Of a DNA stretch of 64,000 nucleotides, positions 11,826 to 20,402 are shown piece after piece. Source of the stretch: an uncultured Nitrospiraceae bacterium (GTDB lineage: Bacteria; Nitrospirota; Thermodesulfovibrionia; Thermodesulfovibrionales; Dissulfurispiraceae); assembly GCA_963705105.1 (NCBI GenBank), contig CAVPIW010000006.1:1024001-1088000 (forward strand). Reading direction: 5' to 3'. Position 1 is the first letter of the stretch. Every line of letters starts with the position of its first letter. The notes under the pieces were generated by a model, which was not told the origin of the DNA, did not search any database, and saw only the letters and a program-made list of their open reading frames with translations. The translations under genes were made by a program, and so were the position numbers.

Positions 11826-12997
11826 AAGGGACCTCCCTGCAGCACCGGGTCCGGCGCATCATTGCCCTTCTTCATCCTCGCCAGAACCCGTTCCGTGGCG
11901 ACGGCCATCGCCACGTCCCTCGGCTTCGTCATCGTGTATCCCGCTTTGAGCAGGATGGCCCGGACGTTTTTCACAATCTTCCGCTCGACGACGGTGAGCA
12001 TCTGCTTCGGGTTGTACCCGCGGTATTCCGCGTAGGACGAGATGACGCCGCCGGCATTGGCGATGATGTCCGGCACAACAAGGATCCCTTTCCGGTGGAG
12101 GCGGTCTTCCATCTCTTCGCTCATGGGGATGTTCGCGCCCTCCACAACGATCCTGGCCCTGACACGGTCCACATTCCCCCCGTGAATCACATCGGGCAAT
12201 GCTGCCGGAATTAGAATGTCGACGGGCAGCTCGAACAGCGACGCATTGTCGATTCTCGATGCGCCGCCGTAATTTCCGACGGATCTCGTCTCCCTTTTGA
12301 TCCTGATGAGTTCGTCGAGATCGAGGCCCCGGGGATCGTAGACCGCGCCCCCGGAATCGGACACGGCGACGATTTTGACGCCCATTTCTATGAGATGACG
12401 GCAGACGAAGGTGCCCACATTGCCGAACCCCTCGACGGCAGCCGTCGCACCCTTCGGCTCGATGCGGAGATAGTCCATGGCGACCCGGGCGGCCTTGGCG
12501 ACGCCGAAGCCCGTGCTCCCGAACTCGTGGGGAATGCCGCACTTCTCACCGGCCTTTCCGAAAATGGACATGCAGAGGTCGGCCGGTTTGCCCGTCGCCG
12601 ACCGCCATGACCCGTTGGCGTCAACGTACCACAGCATCTCCTGCTCGCCCGTATTCATGTCCGGACCGGCGATGTAGAGGCGCGGCGACAGGGGCTTCGT
12701 CTTCCTGGCGAACCACTGGATGACCGTCCTTTTCGACGTCGGACCGGGCGCCCTCGGATCGAAGGCGATGCCGGCCTTTGCGCCGCCGAAGGGGATGCCG
12801 GCAAGGGCGTTCTTGAAGGTCATGGTCCGGGCGAGCTTGAAGACCTCCTCTTCGGTGACGCCCGCAGTCATGCGGATGCCCCCCTTTCCAGGGCCGAGGG
12901 CGGTGTTGTCGATGACGAGAAAGGCCCAGACGCCGGCATCGGGGTTATAGAGCTTGACACAGTATTCCGGTCCGAAAATGTCTCCAGCGATCGTCAT
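11822..12997 (-). CDS. Glu/Leu/Phe/Val dehydrogenase
   Basis: GPGKGGIR, GGAKAG, GFGNVG, EGAN, PDIIANAGGV. Confidence 0.93.
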   Translation of the reverse strand: MTIAGDIFGPEYCVKLYNPDAGVWAFLVIDNTALGPGKGGIRMTAGVTEEEVFKLARTMTFKNALAGIPFGGAKAGIAFDPRAPGPTSKRTVIQWFARKTKPLSPRLYIAGPDMNTGEQEMLWYVDANGSWRSATGKPADLCMSIFGKAGEKCGIPHEFGSTGFGVAKAARVAMDYLRIEPKGATAAVEGFGNVGTFVCRHLIEMGVKIVAVSDSGGAVYDPRGLDLDELIRIKRETRSVGNYGGASRIDNASLFELPVDILIPAALPDVIHGGNVDRVRARIVVEGANIPMSEEMEDRLHRKGILVVPDIIANAGGVISSYAEYRGYNPKQMLTVVERKIVKNVRAILLKAGYTMTKPRDVAMAVATERVLARMKKGNDAPDPVLQGGPL

Positions 12998-13031
12998 AGT
13001 ATTCCTCTGACCTCACAGGTGATAGAGATTA

Positions 13032-13335
13032 CCTTATCGTTGCATATAAACCCCGTAGTTGTATAAAAAGGCGGGGCAAAGCGCCTCAAAGCCTTGCTGA
13101 AGGCGACGATACGCATTGTCATCTTCGTGTTTCAGGATTCCACTCTTTGTGTCATCGACCATTGGCGTATAGTTCGTCTGCCCTTTTGATACAGGTGTCG
13201 CCGCACCAAGGTTTTCGGCGCATACACCCCGCCTTTCCCGGGAGATGCTTTGAACCACATCTGCCTTCCCGGAGGCCGCGTCGCTTCAGCGAGGCTGTGA
13301 GGCACCTTGTCCCCTCTCTTTATGCAACCGCAGAG
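13032..13335. mobile_element. Nested MITE: outer element with TSD ATTA, inner copy about 13051-13245
   Basis: atta|ccttatcgttgca ... tgcaaccgcagag|atta; second left end ccccgtagttgta at 13051. Confidence 0.7.
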
Positions 13336-13506
13336 ATTACCATAAATATACCAAAAAACAGGGAGAAAACCTATTCCGGTGCGAACCGTGAAGACTGTTC
13401 AAAAAAACATTTATTTAAATTTTTATTTATGGTATGCTTTGTCGCAAAAGTAACAGCATACCATAGGGGATTGTTTCTGCGGAGAATACTGCGTTAAGGA
13501 GGGCAT

Positions 13507-14910
13507 ATGGGTAGAAAAGTATTTTTGCGGTTAGCTTTAATCGTATTCATGACTGTGGTCTTCGTGTCGTCCGCCTTCGCCGAGCACCTTTTCGGGCCCG
13601 ACGAACTCGACACGTCCTTCGGCGCCTACTTCAGGTTGAGGCAGGAGATCTGGGACAACAACTTCACGCTGGATACGCTGAACACGCCGCCGGCGCCGTT
13701 GGCGACGACGGCGAACAGGAACTTCTTCCGGCTGAAATCATCGGTATGGGGCAAGCTCGACTACGATAAGACCGCCGCCCTTTTCCTGAAGCTTACGAAC
13801 GAGATGAAGTACTACCTCCCCGTCTCGGAGTTCAGAGAACCCACGGGAAGCACGAGCCGGTATGTGGAGGACGAGCTCATCTTCGACAACCTGTATGCCG
13901 AATTCAACCTCAAGAAGCCGCTGAACATCCCCGTCAGCCTCAAGTTAGGCCGCCAGGACTTTATCATGACGCATGGCGAGGGTTTCCTCATCATGGACGG
14001 CACACCCGGTGACGGCTCCCGGTCATTCTATTTCGACGCGTTCAAGGCGAACATCCAGTTCAACGAGAACAACAACCTCGACCTCATCTACATCACGAAC
14101 CAGGAAACCGATACATACATGCCCGTCATGTACACGCCGCCCGGCAAGAGGCTGCTGAACAGCTCCGACGAGCAGGGCGTCGTCGTCTACTCGAGGAACA
14201 AGCTGAGCAAGAACGTGGCCATCGAACCCTACTACATGTGGAAGCAGGAGGAGGCCTTCGGCACCGTCCAGGAGCTGGACCTCCACACCCTGGGCATCAG
14301 GGGAACCGTGAACGTCGACGGATGGAAGTTCGATGGCGAGTTCGCCTATCAGTTCGGCGAATACGACGGCGGCAGGGACAGGACGGGCTACGGCGGATAC
14401 ATCACCGCCGGCCGGAAGTACGAGAACGTCACCCTGAAGCCGGAATGGTCCCTCAGCTTCATCTACCTCTCCGGTGACGACCCCGACTCGACCGACGAGG
14501 ACGAGGGCTTCAATCCCCTCTTTTCGCGCTGGCCCAAATGGAGTGAGCTCTTTGTGTTCACCCTCGTCCCGGAAACGACGCGGTACACGCGCACGCCGGC
14601 ATACTGGACGAATCTCCTGATCTACCGCGCGAATGTGAGGCTGAATTTCACTCCCCAGGCGAGCCTGTGGCTCTGGTACAACTATCTCCAGGCAGCCGAG
14701 GAGACGAGGATCACCGCCGGCCCCTTTGCCGGTATGTTCTCCAATAACAGCAAGGACAGGGGACACCTGCCCCAGGTACAGTTCAACTACAAATTCACGA
14801 AGAACATAGACGGCTACCTCCTCTGGGAGTACTTCATGCCGGGGGACTTTTACGCGAACGGCAAGAAGGACGCCAACTTCTTCCGCTGGCAGATACAGGT
14901 CAAGATATAA
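13507..14910 (+). CDS. Outer-membrane beta-barrel, alginate-export (AlgE-like) family
   Basis: Signal peptide, LKLGRQD, YLSGDD, FNPLF motifs, beta-strand C-terminus; SD AAGGAGG. Confidence 0.8.
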   Translation: MGRKVFLRLALIVFMTVVFVSSAFAEHLFGPDELDTSFGAYFRLRQEIWDNNFTLDTLNTPPAPLATTANRNFFRLKSSVWGKLDYDKTAALFLKLTNEMKYYLPVSEFREPTGSTSRYVEDELIFDNLYAEFNLKKPLNIPVSLKLGRQDFIMTHGEGFLIMDGTPGDGSRSFYFDAFKANIQFNENNNLDLIYITNQETDTYMPVMYTPPGKRLLNSSDEQGVVVYSRNKLSKNVAIEPYYMWKQEEAFGTVQELDLHTLGIRGTVNVDGWKFDGEFAYQFGEYDGGRDRTGYGGYITAGRKYENVTLKPEWSLSFIYLSGDDPDSTDEDEGFNPLFSRWPKWSELFVFTLVPETTRYTRTPAYWTNLLIYRANVRLNFTPQASLWLWYNYLQAAEETRITAGPFAGMFSNNSKDRGHLPQVQFNYKFTKNIDGYLLWEYFMPGDFYANGKKDANFFRWQIQVKI

Positions 14911-14928
14911 CAACCTGCCCATATTCAT

Positions 14929-14962
14929 CTGCAGGGTCACGACGCAGGTCGTGACCCTGCAG
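14929..14962. terminator. Perfect 15-bp stem hairpin (terminator or REP-like)
   Basis: ctgcagggtcacgac-gcag-gtcgtgaccctgcag just after the porin stop. Confidence 0.6.
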
Positions 14963-14993
14963 CGTCAAAAGGACATTTCTTGCGGTGCTCGCC

Positions 14994-15023
14994 TTGACAA
15001 GCTTTTTCCCGCATCTTTATACT
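14994..15023 (+). promoter_or_regulatory. Putative sigma70 promoter of plsX
   Basis: TTGACA-18 nt-TATACT. Confidence 0.65.
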
Positions 15024-15100
15024 TTTAATTTCAACGACGGTCCTTGACGTTGCAGACACCATGAGAAAAAGGCGGGCAATATCAGACAACATGAACCTTT

Positions 15101-15170
15101 CACTCACACTCAGACTCACACTGTCACTGAACCTTATCGCTGCAATACGCTCTCAGGCAGGCGGGGTGAA
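15101..15170. repeat. Hexamer tract (CTCACA)n plus MITE end fragment
   Basis: cactcacactcagactcacactgtcactg followed by ccttatcgctgca...ggcggggtgaa. Confidence 0.65.
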
Positions 15171-15199
15171 TCTGTCGGCATGATAACGAGGTTTCCTTC

Positions 15200-16234
15200 A
15201 TGAGGGTCGCCCTTGATGCCATGGGCGGCGATTTCGCCCCCAATGTGACCGTCGCCGGCGCCATCGAGGCGGTCAACGAACTCGACGTGGAGGTCATCCT
15301 TGTCGGGGACAAAGACCGCATAACGGCCGCTCTGGAAGGCAAGCGGTATCCGGAGCGGAAGATATCGGTTTTCCACGCACCCGAAGTCGTGGGGATGGAC
15401 GAGTCTCCTGCAGTCTCCCTCCGGAAGAAACGGGAATCCTCGATCCGCAAGGCCGTCGAGCTCGTGAAAAAGGGCGACGCCGACGCCGTCGTCAGCGCCG
15501 GCCATTCCGGCGTCGCCATGGCGACGTCCCTCTTCGTCCTCGGAAAACTGCCGAACGTCGACAGGCCGGCCATTGCCACCGTCATGCCCTCCCTGACGGG
15601 ATATTTCGTGATCATCGACGTGGGCGCAAATGTGGACAGCAAACCCGAGAACATCCTCCAGTTCGCATACATGGGCAACGCCTATTGCAAGACGATGCTC
15701 AACGTCCCGTCGCCGCGCGTCGCCCTTCTCAGCATCGGCGAGGAGGACACAAAGGGCAACGAACTGACGAAGGAATCCTTCAAGTACCTGAAGGGGTCCA
15801 CCCTGAACTTCATCGGCAATATCGAGGGCAAGGACATCTTTTCCGGCCATGCCGATGTGATCGTCTGCGACGGCTTCATCGGCAACGTGGTGCTCAAGGT
15901 GAGCGAGGGGCTCGCCGAAACGATCATCAAAATGCTGAAACTGGAGATCGCAAATATAGCGACAGGCAAGATCGGGTATCTTATGATCAAGCCGGCGCTG
16001 AGGAACTTCAAGAAGCGCTCCGATTATTCCGAGGTCGGGGGGGCACCCCTCCTCGGCATCAATGGTATCAGCATCATCAGCCACGGCCGTTCTTCGGCGC
16101 GCGCCATCAAAAACGCGGTCCGCTTCGCCGCCGAGATGGCGAGGAAAGAGGTCCACAAGATCATCGCCCGGGAAATCATGACGACGGACTTCACCGTCAG
16201 CACCCACGAAGAAGGCCCGGCAGTATCCCGGTAG
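15200..16234 (+). CDS. plsX: Phosphate acyltransferase PlsX
   Basis: MRVALDAMGGDFAP, DRPAI, DVGAN, CDGFIGN, GGAPLLG, HGRS. Confidence 0.97.
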   Translation: MRVALDAMGGDFAPNVTVAGAIEAVNELDVEVILVGDKDRITAALEGKRYPERKISVFHAPEVVGMDESPAVSLRKKRESSIRKAVELVKKGDADAVVSAGHSGVAMATSLFVLGKLPNVDRPAIATVMPSLTGYFVIIDVGANVDSKPENILQFAYMGNAYCKTMLNVPSPRVALLSIGEEDTKGNELTKESFKYLKGSTLNFIGNIEGKDIFSGHADVIVCDGFIGNVVLKVSEGLAETIIKMLKLEIANIATGKIGYLMIKPALRNFKKRSDYSEVGGAPLLGINGISIISHGRSSARAIKNAVRFAAEMARKEVHKIIAREIMTTDFTVSTHEEGPAVSR

Positions 16235-16246
16235 GCAACTTCAATG

Positions 16247-16301
16247 TCGCTATCAGCAAAACTTTGAGGCGCTTCTCCTGCCTTTCCAAACAATAACAGG
16301 G
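16247..16301 (-). mobile_element. MITE left-end fragment between plsX and fabH
   Basis: Reverse complement reads ...ggaaaggcaggagaagcgcctcaaagttttgctgatagcga. Confidence 0.6.
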
Positions 16302-16313
16302 TAATCGGATACA

Positions 16314-17294
16314 ATGGTCAAATCACGCATCATCGGCACCGGCTCTTACGTCCCCGAAAAGGTCCTCACGAACGAGGACATCGAAAGGATGGTCGACACC
16401 TCCGACGAGTGGATCAGGGAGAGGACGGGCATAAGGGAGCGACGACTCGCTGCCGACAACCAGTCGACGTCCGACCTCGCTTTCGAGGCCTCGAAGAGGG
16501 CCCTCGGAATGGCGGGCCTGGCGGCTGCGGACCTTGACATGATAATCGTCGCAACGATGTCGCCGGACATGCTCATCCCCTCGACGGCATGCTTTCTCCA
16601 GCGCCTCCTCGGGGCGACAAAAGCCGCCGCCTTCGACATCAACGCCGCCTGCTCAGGTTTCCTCTATGCCCTTTCCGTCGGGAACAGCTACGTGAAATCC
16701 GGCGATTACGGCACCGTCCTCGTCGTCGGATCGGAGATCCTCTCACGCTTCACGGACTGGAAAGACCGGAGCACATGCGTTCTCTTCGGCGACGGCGCCG
16801 GCGCCGTCATCCTCAGGCGGACAGAGGGCGACAGCGGGATTCTCTCGGTTCGTGTTCATGCCGACGGGACCCTCTGGCAGACGATCAACCTGCCCGGCGG
16901 AGGGGCGACGAACCCTTCTTCTGAGGAGACGATCCGGCAGCGCCTGCATTACATCAAGATGAAGGGAAACGAGACCTTCAAGATCGCCGTGCGCACCCTC
17001 GAGGCGATCGCTGTCGAGACACTCGCCGACAACGGTCTGAAGCCTGAAGACCTCTCCCTCCTCGTCCCCCACCAGGCGAACCAGAGGATCCTCCAGGCGA
17101 CGGCGAAAAGGCTGGGACTGCCCGGTGAGAAGGTGGTCATGAACCTTGACAGGTACGGGAACACGTCTGCCGCCTCGATACCGATCGCCCTCGATGAGGC
17201 GGTGCGGGGAGGGAGGATCAAGGAGGGAGATTACATCCTCCTCGAGGCCTTCGGTGGCGGGCTCACCTGGGCATCCGCCCTCATCAGGTGGTAA
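16314..17294 (+). CDS. fabH: 3-oxoacyl-ACP synthase III
   Basis: AACSGF, PHQAN, YGNTSAAS, FGGGLTW. Confidence 0.97.
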   Translation: MVKSRIIGTGSYVPEKVLTNEDIERMVDTSDEWIRERTGIRERRLAADNQSTSDLAFEASKRALGMAGLAAADLDMIIVATMSPDMLIPSTACFLQRLLGATKAAAFDINAACSGFLYALSVGNSYVKSGDYGTVLVVGSEILSRFTDWKDRSTCVLFGDGAGAVILRRTEGDSGILSVRVHADGTLWQTINLPGGGATNPSSEETIRQRLHYIKMKGNETFKIAVRTLEAIAVETLADNGLKPEDLSLLVPHQANQRILQATAKRLGLPGEKVVMNLDRYGNTSAASIPIALDEAVRGGRIKEGDYILLEAFGGGLTWASALIRW

Positions 17295-17336
17295 CCCTCA
17301 CCATTGCCCTTTCATATGCCTCTGCGACTGCAATAA

Positions 17337-18437
17337 ATGTCCGCTGAACCTCCGCGTATCACATCCGGAAGCATCCTTGTCTACCGTCTGTACGACATTG
17401 CATACGAGATCGACCTGAGAAAAGTCGAAGAACGGCTCCAGCTCGAAGCGCGGCGCCTGAAGATCGGCAGAAAGCCTTTCAGCAGGGCCTTCGAGTTTTC
17501 CAACCCGCCCGTCGTGTTTCAATTAAAGGCGGTCGACCGTGACATCGGCGGTCAGCGCTTCACCGTCAACGTTTCCGGCAAAGTCTACGACTACGGCGTG
17601 GTGAGCATCATCCTCGAGTTTCCCCTGCGCAATGCGGAGCTGCAATCATTTGAGCGTCTCGCCGGCCTCCTCGACGGAAATGATGAGATCGGAACCCTGT
17701 GCAGGGAACAGCTTGAGCACGTCGTTCCCGTCCTTGAGGCTGCTGCGTCGGGTTTTTCGATGAGCAACTTCGAAGAGGATTACACGATCTTCCTGATCCG
17801 GTCCTTCGAGCCGGAGATGACCTTCGACGACGTGCTCCGCGTCTATGATGTCAGCAGGCTGATGCTCTCGGAGGAGAAGCCGCTGCACGCGATCATCCGC
17901 AATGAGCTCCTGGCACGCCGTTTTTCCTATTATGAACACGACGGCGTCATTCTCAACTGGGACAACGCCCTGATGGTCGAACCGTCAAGCGACACGGAGA
18001 TTGCCGACATCCTTGAGTTCGTCAATGCCCAGGTGCTCGAGCTCCGGTATTATGATGCGCTTGTGGACCGGGAACTCGATTCGATCTACGAAAGCATTTC
18101 GGCAAAGGGCGCCCTGTCGATCCTCAGGATCCGGAAGTACGAGACGCTGGCGGCGAGGGTGCTCGGTATGATCACAGACCTTACGGAGGTGACGGAAAGG
18201 ATCGACACCTCCATCAAGGTCACCGAGGACGTCTACTACGCAAAGATATACCGGGCCGCGCTCAGTCTTTACAGGGTGAGGGATTGGGCGGAGGGCATCC
18301 GGAAGAAGCTCGAGATCGCGTCGCGTGTTTATGACATGCTCTACAGGGAGATCGCGAACAAACGTACGGAACTTCTCGAATTCGCCATCGTCGTCCTGAT
18401 CGTCGTCGAGATCGTGCTGTTTGTTTTCACGACATGA
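17337..18437 (+). CDS. RMD1/DUF155-like protein with C-terminal TM helix
   Basis: LEFVNAQVLELRYYD, DVYYAKIY, ELLEFAIVVLIVVE. Confidence 0.65.
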   Translation: MSAEPPRITSGSILVYRLYDIAYEIDLRKVEERLQLEARRLKIGRKPFSRAFEFSNPPVVFQLKAVDRDIGGQRFTVNVSGKVYDYGVVSIILEFPLRNAELQSFERLAGLLDGNDEIGTLCREQLEHVVPVLEAAASGFSMSNFEEDYTIFLIRSFEPEMTFDDVLRVYDVSRLMLSEEKPLHAIIRNELLARRFSYYEHDGVILNWDNALMVEPSSDTEIADILEFVNAQVLELRYYDALVDRELDSIYESISAKGALSILRIRKYETLAARVLGMITDLTEVTERIDTSIKVTEDVYYAKIYRAALSLYRVRDWAEGIRKKLEIASRVYDMLYREIANKRTELLEFAIVVLIVVEIVLFVFTT

Positions 18438-18486
18438 TGCGCCCCGCACCAGTCAGGACGTTGCCGCCCCTCGCGAGCGGCGGCAT

Positions 18487-18771
18487 AAACCGGACATTTT
18501 CACTTTGCCGAAAACCGGACATTTCTATCCTGCAGTTGCATGAAAAGGCGGGGCGAAGCGCTCTGAAAACAGTGTCAGTGTGAGTGTCAGTGTCAGTGAA
18601 AGGAATCGTTTTTATATCGACGCTGCCGTCCTGGTATTCGTGACCTTGTTCCGACTGTCGACTGCCGACAATGACTTTAATGACTCAATGACTTAATGAC
18701 TCTTGCGGTGGCATCTTCGCCCCGCCTTTCCGGAAAGCGTATGCAACGATACGGTCTATTTTGCCTTGACA
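18487..18771. mobile_element. Orphan IS end (TGTCAA terminus with repeated AAATGTCCGGTT), interrupted by a MITE
   Basis: aaaccggacattttcactttgccgaaaaccggacattTCTA[MITE]TCTAttttgccttgaca. Confidence 0.65.
18528..18754 (+). mobile_element. MITE copy, TSD TCTA
   Basis: tcctgcagttgca...tgcaacgatacgg flanked by tcta/tcta. Confidence 0.85.
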
Positions 18772-18787
18772 CCCGCCGCAGTCGCCA

Positions 18788-18816
18788 TTGACAATCAAGC
18801 AGTTTTCAGTTAATCT
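18788..18816 (+). promoter_or_regulatory. Putative sigma70 promoter of the carboxylase operon
   Basis: TTGACA-17 nt-TAATCT. Confidence 0.55.
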
Positions 18817-18931
18817 TATCTTGCAGTTCTGTTACATGCAGGGATGAGATGCCGCAATGGAATTTCCCATCCTCAGACGGCGGCCATCGGCCGATAGCAG
18901 GTCTTTCCCCCGTCACTAATTCGTTTTAACG

Positions 18932-20398
18932 GTGAAGACAATGACAAAGAAGATACGAAAAGTGCTTGTTGCAAACAGGGGTGTCCCCGCGGTGAGGGTC
19001 ATGCACACATGCCGCGACAGGAAGATCCCGACGACGGCCGTCTACAGCGCCCCGGACAGGCTCGCCCATCACGTGTTCATGGCCGATTCGGCCGTCTTCA
19101 TCGGAGACGCGCCGCCGGCTGCCTCATACCTCAACATGGACAAGATGATCGATGCGGCGCTGGCGAGCGGCTCCGATGCGATCCACCCGGGCTGGGGATT
19201 CCTGGCGGAAAACGCGGAATTCGCCCGGCGGGTGATCGACGCGGGGCTGATCTGGGTCGGACCGACGCCTGACGTGATCGGCCTCATGGGCGACAAGATC
19301 AGGGCCAAGATGATGGCGACGAAGGCGAACGTGCCGACCATTCCCGGCATCACCACTGTGCATGGCCCAGAGGACATCAGCAGATGGATGCGCGATGACT
19401 CGGTGAGTTTCCCCATCATGATCAAGGCCGCGGCCGGAGGCGGCGGCAGGGGGATGGTCAAGGTGGAGCGGGAGGATCAGTTGCAGGTTGCCCTGTCCCA
19501 GGCGAAATCGGAGGCGAAAAAGTCCTTCGGCGACGATACGATCCTCATCGAAAAGTACATCGAACGGGGGAGGCATATCGAGGTCCAGATCGTTGCGGAC
19601 GAGTGCGGAAACATCGCCCACCTCTATGAACGCGAGTGCACGCTCCAGCGGCGCAACCAGAAGATCATCGAGGAGGCCCCCTCACCGAGCCTCGACGACA
19701 CACTGAGGCAGGAGATCTGCGTCACCGCCGTGCGTCTCATGAGGGAGATCGGCTACACGTCCGCCGGGACCGTGGAGTTCATCTTCGACGCCCAGACCAA
19801 GAAGTACTACTTCCTGGAGGTCAACACGCGCCTCCAGGTCGAGCACGGCATCACCGAGCTCATCACCGGTCTCGACATCGTGGGCATCATGCTCGACGTT
19901 GCCATGGGCAAGAGCCTCCCCCTCCGCCAGCGCGACGTCGTACCGAACCGGTGGGCCCTGGAGGTCCGGCTCAACGCCGAAGACCCGAAGACGTTCAGCC
20001 CCTCCTTCGGCACGATCACGAGGCTTCATGTCCCGCAGGGGCCCGGCGTGAGGATCGCCACGGGCGTGTACGAGGGCGCCGACATCCCGCCTTATTACGA
20101 CTCGCTGTTCATGCTCCTCATGACTGCCGGCGCCGACAGGGCCGATGCCGTCCGCGTCATGGACCGCTCCCTGAGCAGGAACCTCAGGGTCGAGGGCATC
20201 AAGACGCTGGCGCCGCTCCTGCTCAGCATCATCAGGCACCCCAAGTTCGTCTCCGGGGAGTTTTCGACGCGGTTCATCGAGGAGCACATGGACGAGCTGA
20301 TATCCATGTTCAAGGAAAAAGACGCTGAAGACGAAGTGCTGAAGGTGGCCCGCTACGTCGCCGAGATATCCGCGCTGGGCCCCCGGAAATGGATGTGA
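18932..20398 (+). CDS. Biotin carboxylase subunit (pyruvate/oxo-acid carboxylase subunit A)
   Basis: VLVANRG, HPGWGFLAEN, GGGGRGM, ERECTLQRRNQKIIEEAP, EVNTRLQVEH. Confidence 0.93.
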   Translation: MKTMTKKIRKVLVANRGVPAVRVMHTCRDRKIPTTAVYSAPDRLAHHVFMADSAVFIGDAPPAASYLNMDKMIDAALASGSDAIHPGWGFLAENAEFARRVIDAGLIWVGPTPDVIGLMGDKIRAKMMATKANVPTIPGITTVHGPEDISRWMRDDSVSFPIMIKAAAGGGGRGMVKVEREDQLQVALSQAKSEAKKSFGDDTILIEKYIERGRHIEVQIVADECGNIAHLYERECTLQRRNQKIIEEAPSPSLDDTLRQEICVTAVRLMREIGYTSAGTVEFIFDAQTKKYYFLEVNTRLQVEHGITELITGLDIVGIMLDVAMGKSLPLRQRDVVPNRWALEVRLNAEDPKTFSPSFGTITRLHVPQGPGVRIATGVYEGADIPPYYDSLFMLLMTAGADRADAVRVMDRSLSRNLRVEGIKTLAPLLLSIIRHPKFVSGEFSTRFIEEHMDELISMFKEKDAEDEVLKVARYVAEISALGPRKWM

Positions 20399-20402
20399 CG
20401 AC

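Noticed and set aside
18836..18915. Riboswitch in the carboxylase leader
   Set aside because: Hairpins are possible but I could not match a known aptamer consensus; needs an Rfam scan.
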